Positions 27,029-41,290 of a stretch of 64,000 nt of DNA are shown in pieces. Location of the stretch: positions 1-64,000 of the forward strand of contig ADNK01003286.1 in NCBI GenBank assembly GCA_000320545.1, read 5' to 3'. Under the pieces are notes generated by a model that did not search any database, was not told the DNA's origin, and saw only the letters and a list, made by a program, of their open reading frames with translations. The position numbers were made by a program, and so were the translations under genes. Position 1 is the stretch's first letter, and every line of letters starts with the position of its first letter. The DNA is from Bigelowiella natans CCMP2755. Lineage: Eukaryota; Protista; Cercozoa.

Positions 27029-27299
27029 ATGGTCGCCCCGCCATCTCTCTTCGCATACGTGGCTGGTGGACTTGTGATGTATTCTCTACAAATCACACAT
27101 TAAAAAGAAAAAAGATAAAATAGGAACGAAGGGGAAAAAAATAAGGGGCAAGGAGGGGAAGGAGAAAAGAAAGGGAAACATGTTTTCTTGATAACAAGCA
27201 TATACTCACAATTTCGTGTTAACCCTCAGGCTTATACCAGTGATGATGCTAGCTTACATGATCGTAAAGAATCGAAGCACATTCATTAAGCAGACGTGA
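27029..27299 (+). CDS. 39-aa single-pass membrane microprotein (2 exons)
   Basis: Exons 27029-27078 and 27230-27299 with a GT-AG intron give MVAPPSLFAYVAGGLVMLIPVMMLAYMIVKNRSTFIKQT*. In-frame stops lie just upstream of the ATG, and TATAAAA is ~40 bp upstream. Confidence 0.55.
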
Positions 27300-27439
27300 T
27301 TTAGAATTTTGGGATAATTTTTGTACTTGGTTCAAATTTACCATCTTCCTGTATTCATTCCAATGGAGTATAGCAGCCTCGGAGCAGGAAAATGTGGAGT
27401 GGTCCTGCAATGATGCATAGAGATGATCTAGCTGCAATC

Positions 27440-27780
27440 AGCATCAGCGACGAGAAAGCAATGAAAGCAACTCTAATGAATTATGTGTACGAAACGTTTG
27501 CAGTAGACAACAATGGCCATTGTCGATACTAAATTCGTTGACAGGCATTTCCTTTTTGTTTGAGGCGCTTGCTTGCCGTGACACGATCATGCTCCACAAC
27601 ATCTCCATGCAGACACCTAGACGGTAGCTGACGTGCTAGCGTATGCAGTCGCTGCACCGTGCAGCGTCGTCACCACGTACGTACGTAGAGCTCCTAGCTC
27701 TAGAGCTAGATGGAGAGCAGCAGGTGCGAAAAGGCTACGCGTGCACGGCCAGCGCTAGCGACTATAGACACAGTATATTT

Positions 27781-27855
<75 letters not shown>

Positions 27856-27914
27856 AGGATGTAATGAAATGTTTAAATACACACACACACACACATACAC
27901 CATATATATATATA

Positions 27915-27952
<38 letters not shown>

Positions 27953-28960
27953 TGTACATGTGCAAGTGTCGGGAGCAACGTGCGACACATGCAACACATG
28001 TCAAGACATGGACCACATTCTGCAATGCAGAAAATACGGACCACAGAGACTCAGACTCAACAAACAACTGACGGCCATCATGGATCGCAACTATGAAACT
28101 ACGCGCATCTCAAACGCAGGAAAATTAGCTCGTGCTGCAGCTGCGCGCAAAGTACGACATGCTAGACCAAATCTCAATGCATTTTCATGCATGCAACATG
28201 TGACCAAGGAAACAAACAGACACAATTTGAGCGCTGTAGCCGCCACATTGCACAGCTACATCAGGATGACCATTGAAAAAATTCATATCTTTCATCACAT
28301 TCGTCTCACATATGTGTGTGTCCATTGTAGCGATGAGCATGCTACGATGCGCTAGTGCGCAATGCAATTTGTCGTGAGCAACAATGTCCTAAAACTAAAA
28401 CTACTGCCTTTGTTAGTCTGGCTGCATGCAGCTAGCATCGCACATCTCAGCAAACATCATTTTGCCATCATGACTAGAGACAGCAGAAGCCAGCGAGCTG
28501 TAGATTCATCATGCTAGCATGCGCCAGCAGCTAGAGCTAGCAGTTAGCATGCAGCAGACGCGATGCATGCATCAATCGAACGTGACATGTCGCATCGATC
28601 CATTTGCGACACCCACGCTAGCACTATGTACATGGATAGAACATGCTAGCATGGCGCAGCAACTGGACCTCTAGCTCTAGAGCTAGCTAGGTGGACAGCA
28701 CGCATTCTCATGTGAGCGCATGGACGCGTTTTTATTTGTTTTTGCGCATTATCTTGCGAATAATAACGTCAGCGTTGTATTCAGCGTTGCATTAGCAGGC
28801 TGTGCTAGTATGTTGGTCGCGCATGCAGCCACGCATGTGAACAACAATGTTGCTACTTGCGCCACGCGATGAATGACTCATCCAGTCGCATGTGAAATCT
28901 ACATTATTGGTGCGTCCTTATTTGCTTGTTCTAGCTGTGTGTCATTCTCAGTCCAACAAC
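27440..28960. other. TpA-depleted island 4 (interrupted by (CA)n(TA)n microsatellites)
   Basis: gctagc, ctagagctag and gcatgc are abundant; lies between the microprotein (+) and COPG (-) 3' ends. Confidence 0.8.
27965..28370 (+). mobile_element. Decayed 3' portion of the same LINE family, copy B
   Basis: ATCDTCNTCQDMDHILQCRKYGPQRLRLNKQLTAIMDRN is a CCHC knuckle followed by the typical Y...R..L. Shares caactgacggccatcatg, gctgcgcgcaaa, catgcatgcaacatgtgac and catcaggatgacca with copy A. Confidence 0.65.
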
Positions 28961-29208
28961 TCAGAATGGTTCATTACACGACCGATCACAATTGAGATAG
29001 TGCTAATAATTCTTATAGCATCAATCATATTGTAACTTAATAGGAAACCTTCCCACCACATATATACTACGTAACAATGCAACTCGAATGATTAAATTGT
29101 TGATGTATAATCAATATTACATTGATCTTCCGCACAAGATAAATTCGCAAGGTTTCTTGCAGAAAATTTCCAGATAGCAACTTTCAAAGCAAGGTGGTAC
29201 GTACTCGT

Positions 29209-32200
29209 TTAACGTACCGACGTGGTTAGTAGCTGGCTGACATTTACGTCAGGACAGCGAATAGCAATTTTTAACGTGACTCCGTGTCTTTGGTCCAGCA
29301 TGAATCCAGCTTTACAAAGTACCGGAAGCCTTTTCCCCCCACTCAAAAATTCTCCTGCCATAAAGACGCCGTGTGATCTCGCGTTCTCAGGAACTTCATT
29401 CATATTATCACAAGGTCCCATCCCTAACAAATCGATAACAGCATCGACAGCATTCTGCAAATCCTCCAGACCTAAGCTGAATTTCTTGATTGCCTGTGTT
29501 GCATCACCAACTTCATCCCACTTTTTCTTGAAATCCATAGTCCTGATATTGTTTCTCGGAAGCATAAAATCACTTTCGACGATTTCCAGATCCTCGAGTT
29601 GATATTCATCTTCTGTTGCCACGCTTTGTGGGACTCCATTTTCAATATCCTTGACGTAGAACTTGAGTGTATTGCCAATACTGCCAGAATTGAAATTTTC
29701 CTTTTTAAACCCTTCCATTGGACGAGATAAGCATACAAAGCAAACTCCTGTTGCACCATAGGCAATTGATTTTTCTGCAACGACCTTCTCCTCAGCCCAG
29801 TCAGGATCTTCAGATTCAATCTCAACAGTTATATTTTCGAGTAGCTGATCTTCCATATTGTTGGTGACATTATACTGCAGCACAACGTGTTCTTTGAATA
29901 CGTGTTTTACGCAAGATACAACATATTCCGTTTCTGATTCTGTAAGTTCAGAAGCGGAGGATGATTTGAACAATGGCCCAAGAGTTGCAAACTGGGGAAT
30001 TTTCCCAAGAAGCTCTTTGTACACATTAACCTGCATTTGTGGACTAAGGTTAGCAGCGGTGGTAGTGTCAGCAGCTGCTCCTCCTTGATTGTAGTTTGCT
30101 GGAGAACCTCCTCCACTATTTTGGGTTGATTTCCTCTCCCCGGCACCTTTTCCCTGTCCATCGTCAATTTCTTCTACCTCAACCAGATCCTTAGAAACGT
30201 CAAATGCAAGGTCTTTTTTCCCCTCAAGGTAAGCTTCTAGCGATGCCACGAGTCTCTTGGGATCGGCTGGTGCTTCAGAATCGAAAAACTGCTTTGCAAC
30301 CGACAGATCCTTCATTTCCAAGAGGTGTAAGAAGAGCACGGCCCTATCTCTGACTTCATCGTCGTCATCGGATGCACAGCGTGAAAGTAGAACTTGAACA
30401 CTTCTTGTCAATTGAGGTACATGGGCACCAAACCGTGCGAGAGCAGTTACAGCTGCGGAGCGCACAGAGGCTGTCTCTAAGATCACTCTGTTGAAAATAA
30501 ACCGAATATATTTGCCAGGATGTTTCGTTTTAGGTCCCTCTGAGCCGAGAAGATCAAGAATCTTCATTGATAATTTAGGGAATTCACAATCTTCAATGAA
30601 CTCACAGAACTGCTCCAAGCCAGTCTCCTTTGTTTCTGGTATTTTCTCAATGATTTCTAAGATAGCATTCATAATCGCTCGCTTGTAATCCTTTCCACCT
30701 TCCTCCCGTAGAGAAGCAGACAAAAACGCAAGGAGAGTTTTGTGTCTATGTTTGAATTTCAGGCAAAGGGACTTAATTGCATCTATAAGCACTATTTTAA
30801 ATTCATCTGAGGTGTCAGTCATAAATCCAGAGATCGATTTCATCAATCTGTCGACATTTTGCTCAACTCCAGTGCGCAGTAATGTCGTAATCGCTATTGT
30901 TGCCACGTTTCTGTTGCTATCATTAATTAGATGCTCAAGGTCTACTGAGCAAGGAGCCACCGCAATGGGAAATCGAAGCACCACCTAGATGCACCACAAC
31001 AATCCAAAAGATTAATTGAAACCATGCATAAAATACTATCATTAAATTTAGTAAACGCATTCCTTCTACCCCTTCCTATTCCTTGGAAAATAAGTTTACC
31101 TTGCTCAAAGTGCGTACAGCAGCGAACCTTTGAGCGGGAACGTGAGAGCTTAAAAACTCCTGGAGAACTCCAATTGCGCTAATAACCTACCATGGTGTAT
31201 GTAGAGAAATCAAAGAGAATTACCATAAGCTTTCCCAAGTATGAGGGATTGGGATGGTGATGCACATGATATATTATTAAAAGAAACCTGGGTCCTGTTG
31301 ATGTTTGGCAGCTCGCAGATGGTTTTAGCAGCTTCATACATTACTGTAAAGCTTTTATCATGTAATTTATCCTGCAAGAACTTGAGCAAATCTCGATCAG
31401 GCTTTGGTTGTCGTCCAATAACAAGAGCTATGCAACGTATAAGCAGCACTTGCGCTAGAGGTCCTCGAGGTGGGGCCCTGGCCAAACTAATTGCAAGACG
31501 GCTAACGGCCAAAGGATCGTACTGCTTCAACTTGAATAATAGAGTTAATGCATGCAGTTGCACCATGGGAGAATGGTTGTTCAATGCTTCCTGAACCTAA
31601 ACAAAAAAAATAACAACACAAAGTCTCTTAATTGATGCTGCTGACTTGATATTACGAGCTACTACCAAACCAATATTATTTTAAAAAAACGATGTAGTAA
31701 TGTCGGAGCAGTTGCAGCAGCAGCTACTAATAATCCCGCGTCACATCATCATTATTGGTGAGCATAATCTATTTCTTCTTCATCTTAACGTCGCTATTCT
31801 GTGACCACCATCCTCTCTCTCCCTCTATATCCTCTTCACCTCGCTAGTCCATCTCTTGATACTATCAGCGCCAGACTTGAGCATATGGTTACCAGCCAGT
31901 AGAGCAGCAGATACGACGTAGGGGTCCTTATCTATGATAGCTTGCTTCATGAATCGCTCGAAGGACCCGATCATTGATGGCTGTTGGAATAATAATACTT
32001 TGTCATAACTAGTAGCTCATGCTGAATACATATTTCTCAGCATGGAAAGAGGGTGTAAGAAAATAATACGTCAAGCTTCTTTTTCTTATTCCCTCTTCTA
32101 TCCCTAACCCCCCCCCCCTTTTAAACACACAGAATTTTTTTTCATCGTATGTGAGCGTCGTCGTACATGAAGAGTCTTGGCCAAGACTCGGATTGCATTG

Positions 32201-32939
32201 GCGCGATATAAGTCAGTTCTCCCTGTCATGTCTTTTGCAAGACAATTGACGACCATCATTGCTTCTTCTGGGTCGGCAGGAAGATTCTTAAGGGCCAAAT
32301 AAACCATTCGTCTAAGATGAACCTGTTTTCCAGAACAACGTGAGGAGGGGCAAGACATCAATGCATCATTTGAAGTCAGATGGCTGAACATAGCAGCGTG
32401 TTCTCACGTACATTTCGCGAGTTGAAGAGTTTTGTCACACTGAAGAAGACTTTAGAGATCTCTGAAGGTGTAAACTCTTCTCCTTGGATGATGAGATACA
32501 TGATCTTTGTAAGAACCTCGCTGAGAACACAAGCAAACGAGGTAAGTAACAATGACCCACCTATTTCAAATTCGCTTAACGTATTACATGCACTGTCTCG
32601 CGCTGATTTGTTTATCGTCAAAGCACTTCGCCTCGTGAAGAATTGCATTCTTTTGGATTCCTTCGTATGGAGAGGGTTCGACTGATGTAGAATAAAGGCG
32701 GGAGAATGGTTAGTTCAAACAAAAGTCTGTAGATACGTAAGAATATATCATATTCATCGTGTTTGTGTATTTTCTAAGTGTACGCCACAATTTTTCCTTA
32801 GTTTTCAAAGGTTTTAATGGGCTAGAGTGGATTGTCTTAGGATGACTCTCTCGCAATATGCATCCTTCATGAGCTATTCAAGCCCAAGAGCCAACGAGGT
32901 ACCTTCCCCATCCTCTCCTTTAGTTTTGGGTCCATCCAT
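29209..32939 (-). CDS. COPG: Coatomer subunit gamma (gamma-COP)
   Basis: NRNVATIAITTLLRTG, SDEFKIVLIDAI, LREEGG, EFIEDCEF, YIRFIFNRVILE, DDDDEVRDRA, LTESETEYVVSCVKH, EDEYQLED. 5' exons traced from ATG 32939 (MDGPKTKGEDGE|VEPSPYEGIQKNAILHEAKCF..|..FFSVTKLF..|HLRRMVYL..). Confidence 0.97.
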
Positions 32940-33392
32940 ATCCACTGATTTTTTTCCTTCCTGACTCTATAATTTCGAAATTGTAGCGCTCAAGGGTGGG
33001 GGGGGTGGGGAGCTCAAAAATGGCTCAGCGCAATCAGCCGCAGGCGAAGCTGGGTGGGAGTCCGGATGTAATTGCTTACGACATCAAATATTTATTGTCG
33101 TATGTATAATTTATAACCTATTTGTTCATTTGAGAAGGAAAATGTGCTTTCAGACCCTAAGATTCAGATTTTTGGGAAAATATTTAGTCGCGCATTTCGT
33201 CATCATCAAATTCCAACATCCGAGAAGGAACAACATTATCGGGGATTCCTGATGTTATCGGGATGAAACCCCGCTGAGATGTTCCTAACAACAACAACAA
33301 CAACAACATTCTCACAACAACTACAACTACAACCAACACGACGGTGGCGAGCCTGGGAGGCGAACACACGCTCATCATCAGGCGACTGATCA

Positions 33393-35004
33393 ATGGCGAG
33401 GCCTAGACTGAGGGCTTTAGCTTCGGGGGCAACAACAGGAAAAAAGGATGAATCTGTGCCTGCAGATATAGTTCAATCCTCTCTTTCATTCTCTGCCTCA
33501 ACCCTCTTCAAACAATGGCTTAGCATTCTCGCTTTAGCAACTATTGTTTTCTTACTCCTTGCTTCTAGTTCGACAACGATTACATCTAAATCTCGCCACC
33601 AATACAAGTCGCTAGCTATCAAACATCTAAATGACAGTAGTCGTAGTAGTAGCAATGTCGGTGGTACTACTACTAGCAATGATCACCGCGGATATTCAGT
33701 ACATGATCATCAACAAAAAAATAACTCGGCCAACAAGCACGAGTTTGCTCTAAATCAGAAGAAAAATAGCAGCAACACTTCCCTGTTCGGACCGGTAATC
33801 ATTATCATATAATTATTAGTCATTGAATATCTGAAACACTGGTTTTTGTGATGTTCCTTGTGCCCACAGCTTAGAACCACAAACCTCTTAAAACATAGTA
33901 CTATCTGCTCCTATATAGGAAAGAAAGACTCGGATAGGATTCTGTAGTGATATTAATGAATGGCCATTTCTCAATCCGGCATTGCCAAACGCCCACCAGC
34001 GTATTGCACAGTATTTTTCAACAACAACACCTTTGTCGTCGTCGTCGTTTCCATCATCCTCCTCAAGTGCTGTACGACTATCGAAAGATTGCACTGAGGT
34101 GGTGAAAGAACTGTTGATCAAATGATCTATCCTCGTGATGATGTGTGAAGCATTTAGTAGTATAATAATAATAATTTAGTCGTCAAAAAATTGCAATTAC
34201 GTGGTTGCACACTCACATGCATACACGTATATTACATTGAATAGATGCAAATCACACTATTCACATGCATACATCGTATTCAGCTGCTAGGATCAGGGCA
34301 AAAAGTAAATTTAGAACATGTACACGTACTCATGGGCGTTGGATGGTTCTTCAATCAGAAGTGTAAGTTGTGTCAAGTATTTAGTTTCTGCTGTTGATAT
34401 TGTCGTTGTTGTTGTTTATGATGATGATGATGATGATGAGAATGACAGTCAAAGTTGCAGATAGCTATTAGTATTGCTTTCTATTGGATATTGCACTCAA
34501 ATCCTGCTGCCTGTTTACTTGTTGTGAGATCATTAACGACGACCAATAAAATGAAAGAAAGATACATGAAATGTAAGTAGTAGCTGCTTCTTGTAAATGA
34601 TATTGCAATGCTCTGGGTGATGCTATACTTTGCGTTGTGGCATCATGCTGATTTGATGATGATGCTGCTGATGATGATGATCCATCCATCCATCCATCAT
34701 TTATTCAGTGAAAGTAAGGAGAAAACAACTAGCAATAGGTATTATTTGGTACTACTTGTGTGTGCGTGTGTGTGGAATAACAAATACAGCTACTGACTAA
34801 CTCCATTTATTGTTTATGGTTTAAACAGAGAATATCACAGAAGATGTTGTTGGATGATAATGATGATGATGATGATGATAGTTGACGATACCTATGTAAT
34901 GTTGATTACTCCCATCATATAATTATCATCATTTAATTGTAACAAATGATGAGTATGTCATCATCTATCCAAAATGTAATCCTTCTCATTCTTCCTCTTT
35001 CTTG

Positions 35005-35035
<31 letters not shown>

Positions 35036-35126
35036 CACTGCTACTACTACAATGGCGTTGCTGGTTTGTATGTTTACCAGATTCAGGGGTACAGCTTGAT
35101 AGCACGGATTGGTAGTAGCGGCAGCA

Positions 35127-35157
<31 letters not shown>

Positions 35158-35305
35158 TGTCTGTTAGTGCTAAATAGCAGGAACAGTAGTAGTAGTAGTA
35201 GTGGTAGTAGTAGTAGGTTAAAAAGAAGTTGGAAGAAAAGAAGAGAAAGAAAGAAGAATGATAATGCTTATAATATGACTTCTTTTTCATTTGGTCCTTC
35301 CTCTG

Positions 35306-35343
<38 letters not shown>

Positions 35344-35659
35344 CTTTCTCGCTCGATCTCTCTCAATCTCCAGGATAGACGGGGTAAAATGGCCTAGATT
35401 TACGCCAAGGTTACCAAGAAACTTCTCCTTAGCAACGACAAGAAGCAGTCCTCCTCCTTCTTCTGCCCCCGACTATATGCAGATGAAACACGTTCCTTAT
35501 CTAGTAGCATACTCAGGTCAACCATAATCTCAATGTGCGCGCGCGCGCGCGCATGTGTGTGTGTGTGTGTCATGTGAAATGATGATACGAATGGAATACA
35601 ACTTATATCATGATTCTCTTAGGGGAGGCGTTTACGGGTGGTCAATGCATGGTAAATGT

Positions 35660-35690
<31 letters not shown>

Positions 35691-35757
35691 GCGTCTACTA
35701 CTACTACCACTGCTACTAAACGATATTAGTGAGTAGTGTGTGCCCTCACAAAATTAT

Positions 35758-35789
<32 letters not shown>

Positions 35790-36346
35790 TAAGCAGCGGT
35801 TCTTTGTTTGTTTGTCTAGGGTTGATAGATACTACTTGACACTGCTGTTAAGTTGTCACATAAGTAGTAGTAGTAGTAGTAGTAGTAGTTATAATGTCTT
35901 GTAGTATCCTAGTACAGCGTGCGAAGGACATCAATCTTGATGTGGTTCTTGTTGTCGTCTTCGTCGTATGCATTGTATTGTGGTTTGTACTGTTGTGTAT
36001 GAAAAACATGTTTAGGAGTACGATGTGGTGATAGATTCAGGCGGCTCTTTAGATAGAAGAAAGAGCCCCTTTACGGGATGTGCGGTGATAAGATAACAAT
36101 TAATAATAAGCAGATAATAGTGATTAATGCGGTGATAATAATAAATAATAAACAGATAATAGTGATTAATGGGAGAGCAAGTAGAAGCAAGCATAGCATG
36201 GATAATCCAACAATAACAACAACAAACTCTACTAACTACTAGTAAAACAATAATTGACTTAATTTGACAACTCATGCTGCACACAACATGACTTCTACCA
36301 TTGCCATCATCATCATCACCAACCATAATATGAATATGTTGATCAT

Positions 36347-36386
<40 letters not shown>

Positions 36387-36784
36387 TTAGCAGTAGTAGC
36401 ATATACGACGAATACGCAAAAGGTTGTTTTCGCTTTATCGGCACTCCGTAACATGATGTCCTACAAGGTACTGATAACAATAACAACGACAATAATGATA
36501 ATAATAATAATAATAATAATAGTAATAACCAACTAGCAAGTGTACTCTCTTGCCTTTTTCAGCAGTATGATTTTCATGGTCATCATCGCTATTGTTTTGT
36601 CGTTGTTAATGTGGATATTGTTGATAGGGTTTTGGTGCTCATTCTCTAGTCCAGCAAAGGTGCTGCACTTACGATTAACAACAAGCTTAGCAAACACGCA
36701 TATTTGTTGTTAATTATGAATCTAAAAATAATACCGAATACTATATAATCCATGGTTCATTTGTTGTTGTTGTTGTTGATGTTG

Positions 36785-36815
<31 letters not shown>

Positions 36816-37015
36816 CATTGAATCTCTAACAGAGAAGATATTCCAAGTCGCAAGCAAACAGGATCCTTGATCAATCAACGAAAATTTGCAGCTTTTCTTG
36901 TTAAACGCTGCTACCACAACACGTACTACTATTACTACTACTACTACTACTACTACTACTGTTACTATTACGAATGACAGTAGTTGCAAACGAATGTGTA
37001 TTATGATATCCAAAT

Positions 37016-37049
<34 letters not shown>

Positions 37050-37365
37050 GGTCAAAGTTGTTTGTCCATATATGAGAAGATTAATTATGCTTTTATGTGT
37101 GTCCTGTAAGCTGTTAAGAAATCAGCATGATTGTCATTATGGTTACCTTCATTCCTTATCTAGAAAAATAAGAACTAAGGGCATTACTTATCATTATCAT
37201 CATCATCATCGTCATCATGATTATTATTGTTGTTGTTTTGAAGGTATACCGCTCAAGTGGCGGTGCGTGTAGCATTCTATGATCTCCTCTCTGAATACAA
37301 AGTATGTGGTTAATCGATAGCATAGTAGGTAGTAGGTAGTAGTAGATCATAACGAATGCCACAAC

Positions 37366-37397
<32 letters not shown>

Positions 37398-39025
37398 TTA
37401 CAATGCGGAGATAAGTCACAGGAGAAGGTAAGAAGGAATGAGTGCATTGTGCTGGAGATTTCTCTTATGTACTCTTCTTTTCCTCCTCTCCCTCCTCCTC
37501 TCCCTCCTTCATTGGATTGGCTTAGCCTGTGATGGCCATTAAAAATCAAGCAGGTGGTGGGTGCAGGTGAGACGGTCGTCGTAGTAGTAGTAGTAGCGCT
37601 GCCGCGATTACATAATCTCCTAGCATTAGTAGTAATAGTCAAAGACGAATTATCTGGTGGAAGAGGAAGTGGAGGGGGTTGGTTGACAGCAGAGTAATAC
37701 ATTAGATTAGTAGTTATTTCTTGTTGTTGTTATTCTCGGCATTGCTGCTGCCTCCTTTGTGGATGCTTGCTCATCACCGCATTCTGAGCTACTACAGCAA
37801 GCTAGTAGTACTTGGTACTTGGTAGTAGTATATGCTTGACTGATCTGAAAGACTATGATGGAAGAGAGACAACACTTCTACTACTATTCATTCTTTAATG
37901 AGCGCTTACATCATATAATCTTACTCGAATAATGTAAAATTAGGGTAAAAGAAGGTGCAGATCAAGTCATCAGGAAGAATAGTACGATGCCGGTAGTGAT
38001 ATAATAGATCTATGCTAATAATATAAGTAGTAACGAGACCGAGCATAACTGATGTTGGTAGATATGATTATTAAACGAAAACCTGAAAAACACACGCACC
38101 AGCATCCACCACCACAATCAACACTAGAATTGTTTTTCAAAAACTTTATTATCCTCCTTACTGCTGGACTATTCTTTGAAATAGCCTTGGAATGCTGTCG
38201 TTAAAACATTTGAAAGGTGGGTGAATACTCTAATGCAATTCATTTGGTTAATATGGCGGTGACGACTTATTCCTAGTGATGATTTGTAATTCTCAACTTA
38301 CTCATTAAGCATTGAGAATATTAGTGGTGGTGGTAGTAATAGCATGGAAGAGAGATAGTGTGCGTTGATAAATGTCTAGGATTAGTGTGGATATCCTTTT
38401 GGTCTAATCCCTTCTTCTCCAATTTCCTTTCATGCTATTGAACGAAGTAGTAGCAGTAGTTGTAGTAGTAGATCACACCGTGTTTGTTTTGCCGCAAGTT
38501 ACTGTATACAATATTCTCATTATAATATTCCTTCAACGGTTTACGATGATGATGATGATGATGATGTTAGATGTATACGTGTTTTAATGCGCTCCTTAAC
38601 TATAACAGATATAAATTTGCCATTACTTTTGAAAATCGTCAATTAAAGGGGTAAGTACTATAGTAGCATTTTTCCATGACGAAGATGATGCCGATCCAAA
38701 ACATATCAATTTACAATGATGTGTGGTCAAAAACTCAGCAGATGCTCTTAATTTACTCCTTTGGTGTTACATGAAACTCAAACTGCTTCGAGATTCAAAC
38801 AATGATGATTAGTGATCTTGATTTTTTTAAAAGTGCTGCTACAGATTGAATACTTTGCTATTCTCACACAATAGCAACCATCATCGTTATTAACATCGTC
38901 ATCATCATCATCATCATCATCATCACTACTACTGACGGCACACAGATATTTGACTGAAAAGATTATGAATGCTCTCCTTGCGGTACTACTACAGCTACTA
39001 ATGAAACGACACTATGGTGTTGCCT

Positions 39026-39066
<41 letters not shown>

Positions 39067-39174
39067 GGTAGTGTTCAAAATCTTGTTAATATATTATATG
39101 TTGGTGGATGCGTTGTTCACTGCTTCTTAAGATATTTCTATGCTATTTGTGCGCAACATTAAGATGTGTATTTA

Positions 39175-39210
<36 letters not shown>

Positions 39211-39512
39211 GGTGTCTTTACGAGGGTTGTAATATTATATAATGCAATCTATGATTATTACGTCACAGGGTATTGTTCCAATCTACTTTGGTGCTCCTGA
39301 CATCAGAAAGGTGATCAACAATGTTAATCTAAGATCGTAAAGGGGGAGGCCGAAGATAGAGGGGGGGGATGCTGCTATTACAATGCGTATTCGTGCAGTA
39401 GAGCCATGATAATTTAGAATGGAATTAATCAGGTGCCTGGCTGAAGTACATAATTATACGATAATAACATTGATCATTGACACCTCCTTTTGCTTGAGAT
39501 TAACACATATAT

Positions 39513-39555
<43 letters not shown>

Positions 39556-40615
39556 TTGGGTTGTACTCCTCCTCAGTATCTCAATGAAAAGCGCTTTATC
39601 TTTTGCGACGTCGATGCAAGCAAAGTGATGGCTTACCCATTTCCGGTAATGCAATGAAAGAGAGGCCACCACCCTAATAGCAATACTGAAGTAGAAAAAT
39701 CTACGAATATTGCCTTGTGTATTACGTGGAATCATCAATTTCATTTGCGGTGTTTTGTCGAGTTTTTACATCTTATTTCGGCAATCCACCAGCAGCGCCA
39801 GCAAGTATTTTCCCCGTCTCATGATAATATGATGGTTGGTAATTTACAAGAGTTGGTTTTGTTGGCAACAAAAAGCCACCACCTACCTTTTATCATCTGC
39901 TTCCTCCTCCTCCTCCTCATACTCCTCCTCCTCCTCCTCCTCCTCAATAGTATGGCAAAAACAAAGCTACAGAGGACCCAGAACCTCTCATTCAATTCGT
40001 CAAAGATACAATAGGAGGTAATGATGATGATGATGATAACATATGATGACAGCTCTTAGCAGCAAGTCGAGTAGTCGGGATCAACGCAACAACTATGCAT
40101 CTAAGTGATGCTATGATACTCTCATGCATTATTGGTCTCGATTTAATCTGAATTCTCTGTGCTTTCATCATCCTGACTCATCGTTAATAGATAAGCTACG
40201 AGAATGCGTAGAGAAAGTGAAGAGAGTAGACCAGGTAACTATTTGTCAATTCTTTAAGAAGAAGAGCTACATGTCTGTTAACGACGACATGTTTATGTTT
40301 GTAAGGATGACGATCTTTATCATCAAATGGTAACTGAGCCAATTCTCCCAGGAAACAGGTGGTAGTGGTGACATGCACAGCAGAAGAAGGAATGTTATTT
40401 CGCTGGACATTGCTTTTTTTCAATGCAGCCGCATCATTGTTTGAGCAAGACATTTCACACAATCATGCAATTTCACTTGAAATAGTTTGTTCAAATGTCA
40501 TCTAAACAACACTTCTGTTCCAAGGTTGCGGGGGAGCGAGTTTGACGTTCGCACCATTGTGGATCGGGTTCGTCGTGCAATCGAAATCCATCAATCAGGA
40601 AGAACATTGACTTGA
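33393..40615 (+). CDS. Glycosyltransferase family 10 (alpha-1,3-fucosyltransferase-like), type II membrane protein, many short exons
   Basis: N-terminal anchor WLSILALATIVFLLLA. GT10 motif split over exons: YKFAITFENRQLKG (~38610) | YLTEKIMNALLA (~38946) | GIVPIYFGAPDIRK (~39269) | YLNEKRFIFCD (~39578) ... DDDLYHQMVTEPILPGNR | LRGSEFDVRTIVDRVRRAI..T* (40525-40615). Middle exons are not fully resolved. Confidence 0.85.
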
Positions 40616-41290
40616 ATTTGAAATTTAAAAAAATCGCCTGGAATTTTTTTGATCGCACGCGTAGCAATCTTTGCGCACATGGATTTTGACATTCTTGCAA
40701 ACAATCAGCAGCCTCACTGTCGCTTGCACACGACAATCACGTCATGCTAGCATGTGCTGCTCGATCGATCAACAACAATTGGAAAACGAATGACAACCTC
40801 ACAGTAGAAGCTCATTTGTGTGTGGTGCACGAGCAAAAGTTGTGTGGATCATGATGAGATGAAGCTCGTTGTACATGTTCAGCAGCTAGCGCAAACATGC
40901 ACATGCAATCTAGCAATGCTCCAGTGCTCACCGCACGTGCACGCGTCGATCTAGCTAGCTAGCTGCGACGTGCAACGCCATGACGACACGCTAGCACGGC
41001 GCGACGATCGACGCATGATGGTGAGGTGAGAGCGCAACAATACGAGCACACACAGTCGATGCAGCGCACAGTTGTTCACTTTGCATTGGTGCACACAGAC
41101 ACACGCTAGCACGGTGCGTGCATTGTGCAAACCCTGTTTGATTGGAATCATGATGATCTGGATTACCAACGATCATAGGATGATATCCAGCAACGAAATG
41201 CAGGACAAAACTCACCTACGACAACATTAAAATGCTATGGAAACTGACGTGCGACGTCGTATCGTTCGAGCGAGCACAACAAAATTCATT
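40353..41290. other. TpA-depleted island 5, overlapping the last intron and exon of the GT10 gene
   Basis: 40741-41160 has about 11 TA, 8 of them in CTAG; ctagctagctagct at 40951. Confidence 0.85.
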
